A model generated the notes under the pieces. It saw only the letters and a list, made by a program, of their open reading frames with translations, made no database searches and was not told where the DNA came from. Positions 26,059-36,898 of a stretch of 53,421 bases of DNA are shown here, piece by piece. The position numbers were made by a program, and so were the translations under genes. The stretch covers positions 1 to 53,421 of the forward strand of contig JAHBMJ010000228.1 of NCBI GenBank assembly GCA_018398765.1, in the 5' to 3' direction. Position 1 is the first letter of the stretch, and every line of letters begins with the position of its first letter. The stretch comes from Chromera velia. Lineage: Eukaryota.

Positions 26059-28779
26059 TCAAGTCTCACTTTCTGCGTTTGCACCTTGTGGGTTTTGAGG
26101 CTGGGTTGCCAGAAGATCCGGATGTGGGCCTTCGTGGGGATTGGGGATAGTCACCTTCAGGGGGGCCTGCAGGCGGCGCAGTCTGTTAGCTCGGGGGACG
26201 GAAGTGGACTGCTCCTGATTTCCGTTCTCTCTCTCTCCACGTGGCGGTGAGAAGACGGTGGGGGGTGAGGACACAATCTCTCTTTCCCCGTCCCCTGTAT
26301 GTTCTCCCCCCATGAGGACATCTCCTCCTTCTTCTGCGTGAAGACACAAGAAGAACGACGCCCCCTCTGCTTCACCCCGGCTGTGGGAAGAGCTGGTCGC
26401 GGGAGGCCGAGGAGAAAACTCAGCCGTGCTCGTACTGCTGGAAGGGTCGAATGTCGCAGCTGCAGGGTCTGAGAGATGATGCGGAGCCTTCCTGAACTGG
26501 CCAACCGAATCGGAGAGAGACAGAGAGCTCATTGAAGGCCTCTCTTCTGAACGACATGCCGCCTCCTGTATCCCCCCGTTCTCTGCAACTCTCCTAGACA
26601 ATGACAGACTCTCGGCCTCAGGCGGCACATAGATCTGTAACAATTCCTCTTCCCCTCCCCCGTTCCCTTTACCCGAAACTCCTTGTGCCCCTCCAATTTC
26701 CCGACCCTCACCTTTTGGTGCCTTGAACCAATTTTCGTCTTCTTCCCCCCATTTTTCCTGTCCAACAGAAAGTGCCATCAGATTCTTCCTTCCCCCTTCC
26801 CCTTTTCGTTCTTGAATTTGAATTCTGGATTGATCCCTCAGGCTGGGGTTCTCTGGGGCTGCTTCAGGATCCCACACGCGTTGTCTTTTCTTCTTCTGTC
26901 TGGGTTCCGGACTACTTGTCTGAGCAAGACTTCCGTCTCCCCCCCAGGAGACCCGATTGCCGACACCCAATGGATGGGCAGAGGCGGGGGGGGACCTCGG
27001 AAGGAATTCCCCTGCATGCACAACTCCCCCTCTCGGAGTCCCCACCCCCATGCGAGAGCCCATATCTTCGGATGCTGCTGGGGACTCTAATCTCTCTTGA
27101 ATACGGGCTGAACGACGGGTCACCTCCAAATGACGTCGCTGCCTTCCCCTCATTCCCTTCCCACCTCTCTGTGGAAGCATGGTTGAAGACGAGACCAGGG
27201 AAAAGGTGTCAGCAGAAAAGGGGGAAAGCACGGGCAGTGAGCGTATCTGACCCTCCTCTGTGGGGCCCAACTGGCAAGTCTGCCCCCCCATCTGCTGAAG
27301 GGAGGAGAGCGAAGCCCCTCGTCCCCTTACACCACTCTGCCCCCGCAAACCTCCTCTCGGACGCACAACTGACAGACGCGCTCTGCCCCTTCCTCGTCTC
27401 CCTCTTCCCCTATTTGTCCCTCTCTTCCCTTCGAAGCTCCCTCCCTCTACCTCCCCACTGATGCCCCCTCTTGCCATTCCCCTGTGCATACGGCCTTCTC
27501 TGTCTAATTCTACCTCTCCTCCGATATCTGCCCCCGCTGGTTCCACCGAAAGGTCTGATGACATCACCTGAGTGGAAAAGAAACGAATTGCCAAGTCCCT
27601 CGACGCCCTCCCGCACTCTGCTGACCACGCACCCCCGTCAATCTCGGGGGGAGGGACCCCACAAGAGTATCGATACGAACCCCCTGAGCTGCTTGCGTCA
27701 CGGAGACGCCGTGCCCCCCTTCCCCTCTTTTTCCACTGCTTGCGCTGTGTTTCCATGTGTGCTGCTACGCTTTGCTTTAAAATCCCCAGCCGCCTCTTCC
27801 TTTCCCTCTCTTGTTCGGCCTCTGCCGGAAACTCTGTCTCACCCATGTGCACTCCATTGGCACCCCTGTCAGCATCCCCACTACAGAAATTGAGCACATC
27901 TGAGAAGAACCTACGACCCCATCCGACTGAGCTACGGGCCCCGGCATACCCAAAGGCCTGGGAGGGACGGGCCAAGTATTCATTCTTCTCCACGAAGGTT
28001 AGTGCCTCGATGCAGCATGCCTCGATGAACACCTGCTTGGGGTCCGTCCCAGGTACCACAGGCAGGTCAGCAAGCGCGTCAGCTGAGCCGAGTGCATCTC
28101 TCTTCGAAGAGAAGCACCCGGGGCCTCTGAGGGAGAAGACACGGAAGAGGACCTCCTCTGGGATGTACTGGACAGAGGGTTCTCCGCAGAGGGAGGAACA
28201 GAACGTGTCCAGTCGCTCTTCTGCTTGTGTCCTCTGGTATGGTTGAGTGAAATAAGGGTATGTGCTGGCGTTCCCACCAGTGCTGCTGCTGCTACTGGAG
28301 GGGTTGTGCACAAGAAGCTCTGAGTGTTCCCACTGAGCACCTGGTGGACCGCGGGTTCGTTTCCTCACCAGCACAGGAGGGGCTCTTCTGATGTGATGCT
28401 GTGAGGGGAAAGCGAAGGGATTGCACGCATAGGACAGCCCGTTACTTCCTCCCTGAGTGAAGACAACGGGTGGAAGGTACCGATACAGATGGAAGGGTAG
28501 GGGCACGGAAGAAGAACTGCTGCTGCTTGAAGTCGCCTCGAAACCCGGTGCCGCAGGGTCCGAGGGGACGAGAGGTGTCGAGGCGAAAACAGGCTGCGAT
28601 TGCGTTGGAAGGAAGAGGTGGTTCATCTGGGGCAAGCCGAAGCAAACTGTCAGGACACAGCAGAGAAACCCGTCAATTTGGGTCAGGCGTTGCAAGTCTG
28701 AGTTCCAACTGTTGCCAGGAATGTATATGTATGCACCGGCCTGCGAGCTTTCTGCTTCAGTCAGAGTTCTTTGCGGCAA
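26059..28779 (-). CDS. Hypothetical low-complexity protein (Ser/Gly/Arg-rich, RG tracts)
   Basis: 906-codon uninterrupted ORF. A probable ATG at 28626 follows a CAG acceptor, so the 5' structure is uncertain. No recognisable domain. Confidence 0.7.
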   Translation of the reverse strand: MPQRTLTEAESSQAGAYIYIPGNSWNSDLQRLTQIDGFLCCVLTVCFGLPQMNHLFLPTQSQPVFASTPLVPSDPAAPGFEATSSSSSSSSVPLPFHLYRYLPPVVFTQGGSNGLSYACNPFAFPSQHHIRRAPPVLVRKRTRGPPGAQWEHSELLVHNPSSSSSSTGGNASTYPYFTQPYQRTQAEERLDTFCSSLCGEPSVQYIPEEVLFRVFSLRGPGCFSSKRDALGSADALADLPVVPGTDPKQVFIEACCIEALTFVEKNEYLARPSQAFGYAGARSSVGWGRRFFSDVLNFCSGDADRGANGVHMGETEFPAEAEQERERKRRLGILKQSVAAHMETQRKQWKKRGRGARRLRDASSSGGSYRYSCGVPPPEIDGGAWSAECGRASRDLAIRFFSTQVMSSDLSVEPAGADIGGEVELDREGRMHRGMARGGISGEVEGGSFEGKRGTNRGRGRRGRGRARLSVVRPRGGLRGQSGVRGRGASLSSLQQMGGQTCQLGPTEEGQIRSLPVLSPFSADTFSLVSSSTMLPQRGGKGMRGRQRRHLEVTRRSARIQERLESPAASEDMGSRMGVGTPRGGVVHAGEFLPRSPPASAHPLGVGNRVSWGGDGSLAQTSSPEPRQKKKRQRVWDPEAAPENPSLRDQSRIQIQERKGEGGRKNLMALSVGQEKWGEEDENWFKAPKGEGREIGGAQGVSGKGNGGGEEELLQIYVPPEAESLSLSRRVAENGGIQEAACRSEERPSMSSLSLSDSVGQFRKAPHHLSDPAAATFDPSSSTSTAEFSPRPPATSSSHSRGEAEGASFFLCLHAEEGGDVLMGGEHTGDGEREIVSSPPTVFSPPRGERENGNQEQSTSVPRANRLRRLQAPLKVTIPNPHEGPHPDLLATQPQNPQGANAESET

Positions 28780-28859
28780 AGATGAGATTCAATGACTCTG
28801 GGAACGCCCAACGAGATTCTGCAAGGCATAGCTAGTAGGCCAAAGTCGTCATTCTCCCC

Positions 28860-29130
28860 GCGGCCTGCTTCAATCTCGAAACATGCAGCTATATATATAG
28901 CTATATAGGCAGATCGATCGAAGTGCATGTCATGCATGCATGCGCGTGAAAAAAAATCATTTTCGCGATTTTCAGCTTATAATTTCGCGCGAATGCGTGC
29001 GCGCAACTGTTCCCACCTCCACATGCAAAAAAATTAAGTTATGCAAAGAAAAAAGGTCAGACGCAGCACAGAAGAACATGCATGCTATATATAATGATGC
29101 CATTCCGATGATCCCGATCGATTCCCGACA
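28860..29130. promoter_or_regulatory. Putative bidirectional promoter
   Basis: Lies between divergent genes; perfect palindrome AGCTATATATATAGCT (28887-28902), GATCGATCG, repeated TGCATG and TTCGCG. Confidence 0.55.
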
Positions 29131-29355
29131 AGCAATCTCACTCGCAGACTACCATTTCGATGGCAGCTGTGGTGATCACCGGATTCAGTCATCCAGGATA
29201 CTTGCTGCGCATTGCCTCGCTGGACAGAAGGTGCTATAAATTCGGACCTTCACATCGTCTCATTGTCCCATCATCAAGAAGAAATCAGTCACGGACATGC
29301 ATGCCTCTGGGGGGAACCTTCCCCTGTAGCTTGACCAGACAACAAAATCAGAATC

Positions 29356-31353
29356 ATGCCGGGCGCTGCCACTGGCCCAGCCCCAGGCAGGAGTCCCCAG
29401 GCATCGGGTGAGTCTCCCTTTTTGCTCGACGCGGCGCCCTTGCAGCACTTCTACCAGGAGCTCCCACTCTCGGATTCTTCCTCCTCTTCCTCTCCCTCTA
29501 GTCTAAGCATCTGCATAGGGAGGTACTCAAAGAGAGTTCGAGCAGTGCATCTTGCGACACAAGGTGAGAGACTGATTCACACGTGGAAGAGAAGAGCAAG
29601 GCAACTGAAGAACAAACAGGACACGGGAGAGGTCCTCTGCCATTTTGACCATCCGCACATTCTCAGGTTCTTCGAGTCATTCGAAGATCCGAAAAGGGCA
29701 GAAATTGTACGTCAATAACTCCCCCCCCCCCCTTCNNNNNNNNNNNNNNNNNNNNNNNNNNNNNNNNNNNNNNNCCCCCCCCCCCTTCCCTCTCCCTGCC
29801 TTCCTCCCTCTCTCCCTCCCTCCGTGTGTGCGTGTAGGGGTGTGCGTGTGTACGTGTGTGTGTGTGTGTGTGTGTGTGTGTCTATTTACACACGCACATT
29901 TATGTGCCTCGACAAAACCCTCTCTGTTTCGATCTGTTCACCTACGTCCCGTCCTTCTGCTTTGCGGTGCACTGCGATTCTCCCCTTGTCCCATCCGTTT
30001 CCCCTTGTGTAAAATACTGTTGTGTGCTTTCGGCCCTGAGCACAGACTTTTGTTTGTCTCTCAGCCTCCTGAGCGCCTCGTCGCTCCAAGGCAAGAAGTG
30101 CAAAGACTGATGGTCCCGACTGCAGCCATTGTAGATGGTACCGGATGTTGTTGCACACTACAGGCTTGTCACATGACGAAAAGCTGTCTCCATACGTGAC
30201 TCTTGCAGGTGACTGAAGAGTGCGCAGGAAAGACCTTGTTCGAGTGGATCGGTAGCGATGGATATCTGGGAGAGAGGGAGTGTCGAGTCATTATCCGGCA
30301 GCTGCTCTCTGCTTTGCTGTACTGCCATCAGAGGGGTGTAGCACACCGAGACATAAACTTGGATTCTGTATTCATGCAACGGAAGGGGGAGGAAGGAGAT
30401 GTGCTGACCAAACTGTCGGGCTTTGATTTTGCGAAGCGGGTGGGTGAACGTCAGGGAGGGACTCGGGGAGGTTCCGTCACTTTCAGCACTCGAACCTCGA
30501 GTCCTTATTTTTTCGCACCAGAAATGCTGGATGGGTCTGGCTACGGGATGGAGGCTGACATGTGGGCTTTGGGTGTTGTCACGTACACACTCCTCTGTGG
30601 GTATCCTCCCTTCTTCGGAGATACCGACAAGGCCATAGCAGACAGCATTCTGTCGGGCACGTATACTTTTTATAGAGAAGACTGGAAGACCGTGAGTGAG
30701 AGTGCAAAGGACCTCATTCGCCTTCTTCTTGTGTCTGAAGCCTCAAAGCGTATCACTGCAGCCAAAGCCCTCTCCCACCCCTGGATTGCAGAAATTCGAC
30801 CCGAAGTTCCTCGTAGAATCCCGGTGGTACCCTTCTTGACCTCTCTTCTCCAGAGGTTCTATGGAGTTCCTCGTCTGCCGAGGTTGATTCTTGTGTTAGC
30901 AACCTCCCTGCTTGATTGTTCTTTCCGAAAGAAAACAAAGGAAGAGGACAAGGAAGAGGGCGTGTCCATCAGAGGAACTGCTCCGGACGAGACGCTACTG
31001 GAGGCCCTGGAACAGGCACGTCATCTGTTCGTGCAGTTCGATAGAGACGGAGACGGAGTCTTCTCCATCAACGTGAGTCTGTCAGTAAGTGAGGCAGTCA
31101 GTGTGTGAGTCAATTTGCCAGTCAGTCAAAGAGTCGATCAGATAACTGCCAGTCTGGTGAGCGATTCGAAGGCAGGCAGGCAGGCAGGCGGGGAGAGAGG
31201 CAGGTATGAAAGGTCCCCACACAGGGACTCCAAGGTGACTTTTTTTCCTGCCTTTCCTGCCCCCCCCTTTTTCCTTGCTTCTCTCTCTCTGTCTGTCTCT
31301 GTCTCTGTCTCTGTCTCTGTCTCTGTCTTTGTCTCTGTCTCTGTCTCTGTCTC

Positions 31354-31424
<71 letters not shown>

Positions 31425-31955
31425 GTGTGTGTAGGCATGCTGCTCTCTCCGTTGGATGTGCAGGACCTTCACGTCTGTCTGAAGGAGCGGGAAGAGATCG
31501 AGAAAGAGGAATTCAAAAACAGTGCGGGGCTTCCAGAGGACTTTCCAGAAAAACTTTTTCAAAACGAGATCGTGACTGCAACAGTGAAGGCACAGAAGCA
31601 GACGGACCCCTTCTCGCTTTTTCTTTTTACTGAATTTCTGGCTTCGTGTTTGTTGTTAAGAAACCTTCAGAAGCAGATGCTCTCGCTGGGGCGCGCCGCC
31701 TTTCTTCTTCTCGGCCCAGAACGGAAAGGCTCTGGCTCCTCCACCTTCCTCGTTGCACGCCCAAGCTCGGCCTTCCTCAAAATTCCTCCCAGCCGATGGC
31801 GGTTGCTGGCTCCCTTTAAACATACAGACTCTATGACTCTCCCTCCCAACCCGGATGCTCTCAAGCAGCTCGACGAAGACTTTAGAAAGGCCTCTGCCCT
31901 CAACGATGGTTTGATCACTTCAAGTTTTTTTGAAAATTGTTTGGCCGTCATGTGA
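29356..31955 (+). CDS. CDPK/CAMK-like protein with EF-hand; probable pseudokinase
   Basis: Exons 29356-29706, 30209-31072, 31464-31955 (all phase 0). Motifs DHPHILRFFESFED, HRDINLDS, LSGFDFAK, FAPE, DMWALGV, GYPPF, AKDLIRLLL..RITAAKALSHPW; EF loop DRDGDGVFSIND. An N-gap lies in intron 1. Confidence 0.88.
29736..29774. other. Assembly gap (N run) in poly-C
   Basis: Ns flanked by C homopolymer. Confidence 0.99.
31281..31432. repeat. (GTCTCT)n/(CT)n/(GT)n intronic microsatellite
   Basis: Direct repeats. Confidence 0.92.
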
Positions 31956-31989
31956 ATGCCATTGGAGCACCCCCATAGGAAAAAGATTC

Positions 31990-32467
31990 AGATTGAAGTC
32001 CCGTTTAGTCCCTTTTGATTGGAACAGATGTTTTGAGTTTTAAAGAAACATTAACATTGATACGTGAAAAATTGTATAATAATCTGAAGAAAGACTTCAA
32101 AGTATCTAAACATAGTAATGGGCTAATGGCTAAACATCTGAGGTACGTAATATGAGGATTGTTACACAAAGTTGTTGCACAAGTTTATAATCTTTATGAT
32201 ACCTTATAACTAAATTTTAAGCTGCGAGTAACTGTAGGAGCTAATAGCCACTCTAATATGCTCTAATAGTCGCTACAGGAATCGACAGTTACACGAAAGT
32301 CAATATAGACTATAACTCACTCAAACGGACATGCAGGGTCAATATCAATGATTCATGATACTGAATATAACTGAATGTGTATGCTACTGTATGCAACAAT
32401 TATAAGAGGTTGGCCTAGGTTAACCCATCAGCTTTAACCACTATATTGTGACTACAATCAATCAATT

Positions 32468-32523
<56 letters not shown>

Positions 32524-32680
32524 CTTACCATCACTTTAGCTCTGATACGTACGGCTTGAATTTGCTTGTATCATTGAATATATTAAAACAATATAGAGTT
32601 ATGTAGAATGTAGATTTATGGTACAATGGTATACCATGGGTTGAATTGGCAAGCTTTGATTTATCAATGAAGCAGGCCTT
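31990..32680. other. AT-rich intergenic island 3
   Basis: Starts just after the kinase stop, ends at a GGCC-rich block near 32685. Confidence 0.85.
32455..32523. repeat. (AATC)n tetranucleotide microsatellite
   Basis: aatcaatcaatc.. run. Confidence 0.95.
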
Positions 32681-33072
32681 TAGCAGGGCCGGGCCCTGCG
32701 GCCCTGCGGCCGGACGCGACGCTTCGATTGGGCCGGGGCCGCGGCCACGGGCTCATCGGTGATTTTGGGTCACCTTCAGACGAGCTAGGCGTTTGCAACA
32801 TTTTGCAACTGTTGGTCAGGAGTGAGCAACTGTGTTCTCATCACAGTAGCTATATATAAGCAGTCTCATACGATCCCACATGCGTCCTTGCCAGAGTGGG
32901 TCCATGATACATAGAGGGCTCACTGACCGAAGAGTGCCAGAAACAGATTGTTGTTCAAAGAGACGGGAGTAGTTCTGAAGTTGCGGAAGTGATCAGTCTG
33001 ACCTTCCGACTGTCCACTCCCTCAATCCAGACGATCCCGCTCTCTCGCCACTTTAATTCCCTGTCCGGAGGA

Positions 33073-33537
33073 ATGAAGAGGTCCCTAGAGGAGTCTCTCT
33101 CAACTGATCAAACCCCTCTGGGGGTTCCGTTCACTGAATTCGGTCTGCGTTCCCAAGGCGCCATTGCAAGCGCTTCCCACTGTCTGCCTGTTGTGGCTCT
33201 CGGAAGCCACGTGTCGAGCAACCGACGGCAGGCAGGCGCTGCTTCTCAACAGAGGGATGGCGTGTTCTCAGCCAAGCAAGTGCGGCTGGATCGGGTCTCG
33301 ATGGCAGGTCAGAAAGAAAAACGGAGGGGCAACTTCAGTAGTGACTGTTGTGGAGGTCATTCAATAAAAAGCAAAACATTCCCTTACATCCCTTGAAGTT
33401 CTGCCACAGCGTTACTCCCTCGATCCCCTTTCCGTTGTTTGGTGTCTTCTGGTTCTGATTTGCAAGTCCGTTTGTTTTCGTCTTCCCCCCTCTGGCCCGC
33501 CTCTGTGTCCCTGCATTTCTTTTGCGGGGTTCTTTAC

Positions 33538-33572
<35 letters not shown>

Positions 33573-33578
33573 CTCTCT

Positions 33579-33610
<32 letters not shown>

Positions 33611-34769
33611 ATTTATCCCCGCCCCTCTTCTCCCCCCTCTTTTCCTCTCTTCCCCCCCCCTTCCCCTCTGTGTGTGTGCGTGTGTGTGTGTGTGTGTGAC
33701 TGACTGTCCTGTCTGCCTCTTTGTCGTTCTCTGGTTAGTCTGATCTGACAATGAGTCAACAGAAGAAAAAAAAAGGAAATGTATAGCGACAGAGAGATTG
33801 TTCGTCTCGGTGCAAATCTTTTTCTCCCTCCGCCCTGTCTGTCTGGCTTCCCCTTCCTCTCTGGAGACGCATTCATTGCTTTTTCCTGTCTGTCTCTTCT
33901 CATCCCCCAAATGCAGAATACACAGTCCCGTCTGTCTCTTCTCATCCCCCAAATGCAGAATACACAGTGCAACGAATGATGGAGGCATCCAGAAAATCCA
34001 CACAATCTCGACCGAAAAAACGAGACACCTCAGACTGTCCTGTTTGCCAGAAGCCAACCCAAGCCGCCGACTCCTCTGCCTCTCAGTCAAGCAAACCGAA
34101 GACCCCCCACAGAGTCAGAGACATCAGGAGCCTCTGCGGGTCCCCCAACCCCAAACACAACAGACTCATCGATATTTCCGCACCCACGACGGCGAGAAGC
34201 ATGCAGAATGAGATCGGACCTTCACCTGCCTCTGTCCCCTCACGGCCCCCTGCCGTCTCACACAGAGTGCGAGACATCCGCAGTCTCCTCGCCCCCTCCT
34301 CTGCACACCCTCCACTGGCGTACGTCGACTTGAGCACCACAGGCTCCTCCACCGCCCCTGCTTCTGGAGACAACGACCGAAGCGCCCGCTGCTCCTTCTG
34401 TGAGTCGCGACCCTGTGCTGATTGCGGGGGGAACTGCGCAGTTTGCGGGCTGTTCTTTTGCGCCCTCTGTAGCGAACTCAGGTCAGTAGAAGACACGTCC
34501 CCCACCATCCCACACACACATACACACATAAATTTGTGTCGTTTTGAGGGCTTTTTCTCGAGACAAGCTTCCATGAGTTGGTTGGTCAGGAAAATTAACA
34601 GTACCCTTTTGCAATCTCAAGTGCTTACCGTCGTGACTGTTTTGCCGTTGGTCTATACATCCGTCAATTCAATTGCACTACTGTCACCGACAGACAGCAG
34701 ACAGTGCGAAAGCAGTCTAGAGAGCTCTCCACGAACACTCTCACACTTACACGCTCTCTCTCTCTCTCC

Positions 34770-34801
<32 letters not shown>

Positions 34802-35138
34802 CACACACACACACACAGAGAGAGAGAGAGAACACACACACACACACACACACACAGAGAGGGAGAGAGAGAGAGAGAGAGAACAAAACAAAGCACAATG
34901 CTCGGGCGACGCATTCCATGTTCCATTTTTCCTCTTTATTCTTTTCTTGTCTTCTATCTCACTTTCTGTCCGTTTTCTGCATTTCTTCCTCGCTCACACC
35001 GCACTCTTCCTTCCTTTGTGCAGGTACGGAAGCCCTGAGGTTGACAGGGTTTGCCTCGATTGTGCGGCTGTCGAGAGGACGGCAGGCGGGAGGGAGAAGT
35101 GCATGGGGGGGGGGGACGTTGAGATGACAGACGCGTGA
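33073..35138 (+). CDS. Siva-like Cys-rich zinc-finger protein
   Basis: Exons 33073-33307, 33959(or 33917)-34481, 35024-35138, phase-consistent. Spliced C-terminus CSFCESRPCADCGGNCAVCGLFFCALCSELRYGSPEVDRVCLDC resembles Siva Cys spacing; N-terminus MKRS. Confidence 0.7.
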
Positions 35139-35799
35139 TGGAGGTCCTGCTTCTCTGTATGGAGGGCGTGGAGGGAGGCTGGGTCAGGGGAGGGAGGGGG
35201 GATGAGTGAATGGAAAGGGGCATGCAGTGTTGCAAGGTTGTACAGTGAGGAAGCCCAAACGTCCTCGTCGCCCCTTCCCCCCCTTTTCCGACAGAATGAT
35301 GCGAAGCTCTACCTTCTCCCCTCAGTGCACAGACTTTCCCGGTCAAGTAATCAACACCCCCCTCTCTCGGGGTCCATTTGGACAGACAGGTAGTCTTGCA
35401 CGCTTTTCCGTTACCATTTTTATCATTCTCTCTGTATCTGTCTTTTTGCCTCTGTCCATGTTTGTCGTTTGCATGCGTGTATTAGTGCTTCTGCTGTTTC
35501 AGTCGGGAAACAGTACAACCGAGAGGCCCCGGGATCAAAGGCGGGGACGCGGGATATTCTCGAAAGCAGCGGCTGCATCGTATTGTCCCCATGTGTCTAC
35601 TGGCCCTTCTACCTTTTTTGCGTATTCCATCGATCCCGGTCCCGTCATTCACCATACAATTCAAATGAATGAACATCATGTTCTCTGCATCAGTGTGGGG
35701 TGCGCATGCCTTGTTTTCCGGCTTTTCCAATTAATTCTGGTGTGAGAATTCAAGCTTTCGGATCCAAACTCACTCAGCAGCTGGATTATTGAGCAGTCA

Positions 35800-36540
35800 T
35801 GTTCGACGTTGTTCGTGCATTTACAATCGCAAGTTCCAATGATTGCCGAACAGTATCCAATTGGATTTTACCTATGTGTCATGCATGGTTGAAGTATACA
35901 TATGTTAATGTTCGTATATATATAATTTAAGTATGATTGATGATTAATTGATATGGTTTTATTAATATTAAGTGGTATCACCTCGACATTATTTATGCTA
36001 TGAATGTAAATCATGTCGATTCATGTGATCGATACTGTATAATTTAAATTTAACGTAGAATCCAAAAAGAATGTTAAACATACTTAATTAAGCTGATTTA
36101 TTCAACTATATTCGACGTTAGATTTGATGACTGATTTGGATGATTTGGTGCGGGAATAGTAGCTAATAGATACTAAATCATAAGCACATCTTTCAGTTAC
36201 CATACATATTGAGACCGCTAACACAAACAGGAATGTTAGGGGTAGTTAGGGGTCAAGAAAAAATATTTCGAAAAAAGTTTTACTCACAAAATCGGGAAGC
36301 AGGATTTTAGAGAGTGGTTGCTGGAAAGTTTTTGAGAGTTCCCATTCTGTTAAATATGTTTTATTTCGTTTTACTTTTTTCTTCTTCTAATTCATGTCAG
36401 TTAGCCTAGTAAATGCCAGTCAATCAAGTTAAATCAAGTCTTGCTTCAGCCTATCGTCTCTTGATGTAGAGCTAGCTAGGACTTTACAGAACTTTGGAGA
36501 AGATTTTTTTTTTTTTTTGGAAAAAGATTTCCATGCGAGT
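35800..36540. other. AT-rich intergenic island 4
   Basis: AT/TA-rich, no ORFs; boundaries approximate. Confidence 0.85.
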
Positions 36541-36898
36541 TAGGCGCTGAGTCCGCTTCGCAGGAACGTGGGGTCGTGCGCCTGACGTCAAACTGTGCGC
36601 GTGTGGGTATCGGTGTGATCGCCGTTCAAAAATTCGATCCATGCATTTGCCGCATATATGACCTCATGTATGCAGAACAGGGGACCTGCACATAACAATT
36701 AACTACCGTGTGCAGAATGACGTACAGACTACAGGCGGTGCATCCAAGAGGTCCAAGTGGCTCCATCTATGGCTGCCTTCAGGCACAATTACGATACAGA
36801 CTTCGAGTGCCTTTGCCGTCAGACTGAGAACGAGGGCAATAAACGTCCCAAGGCACTTCGACAGCGTAAACTGAAAGCAACGTACGGCTCTACCAAAT

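Noticed and set aside
36235..36252. TTAGGG-like telomeric seeds
   Set aside because: Only two imperfect copies
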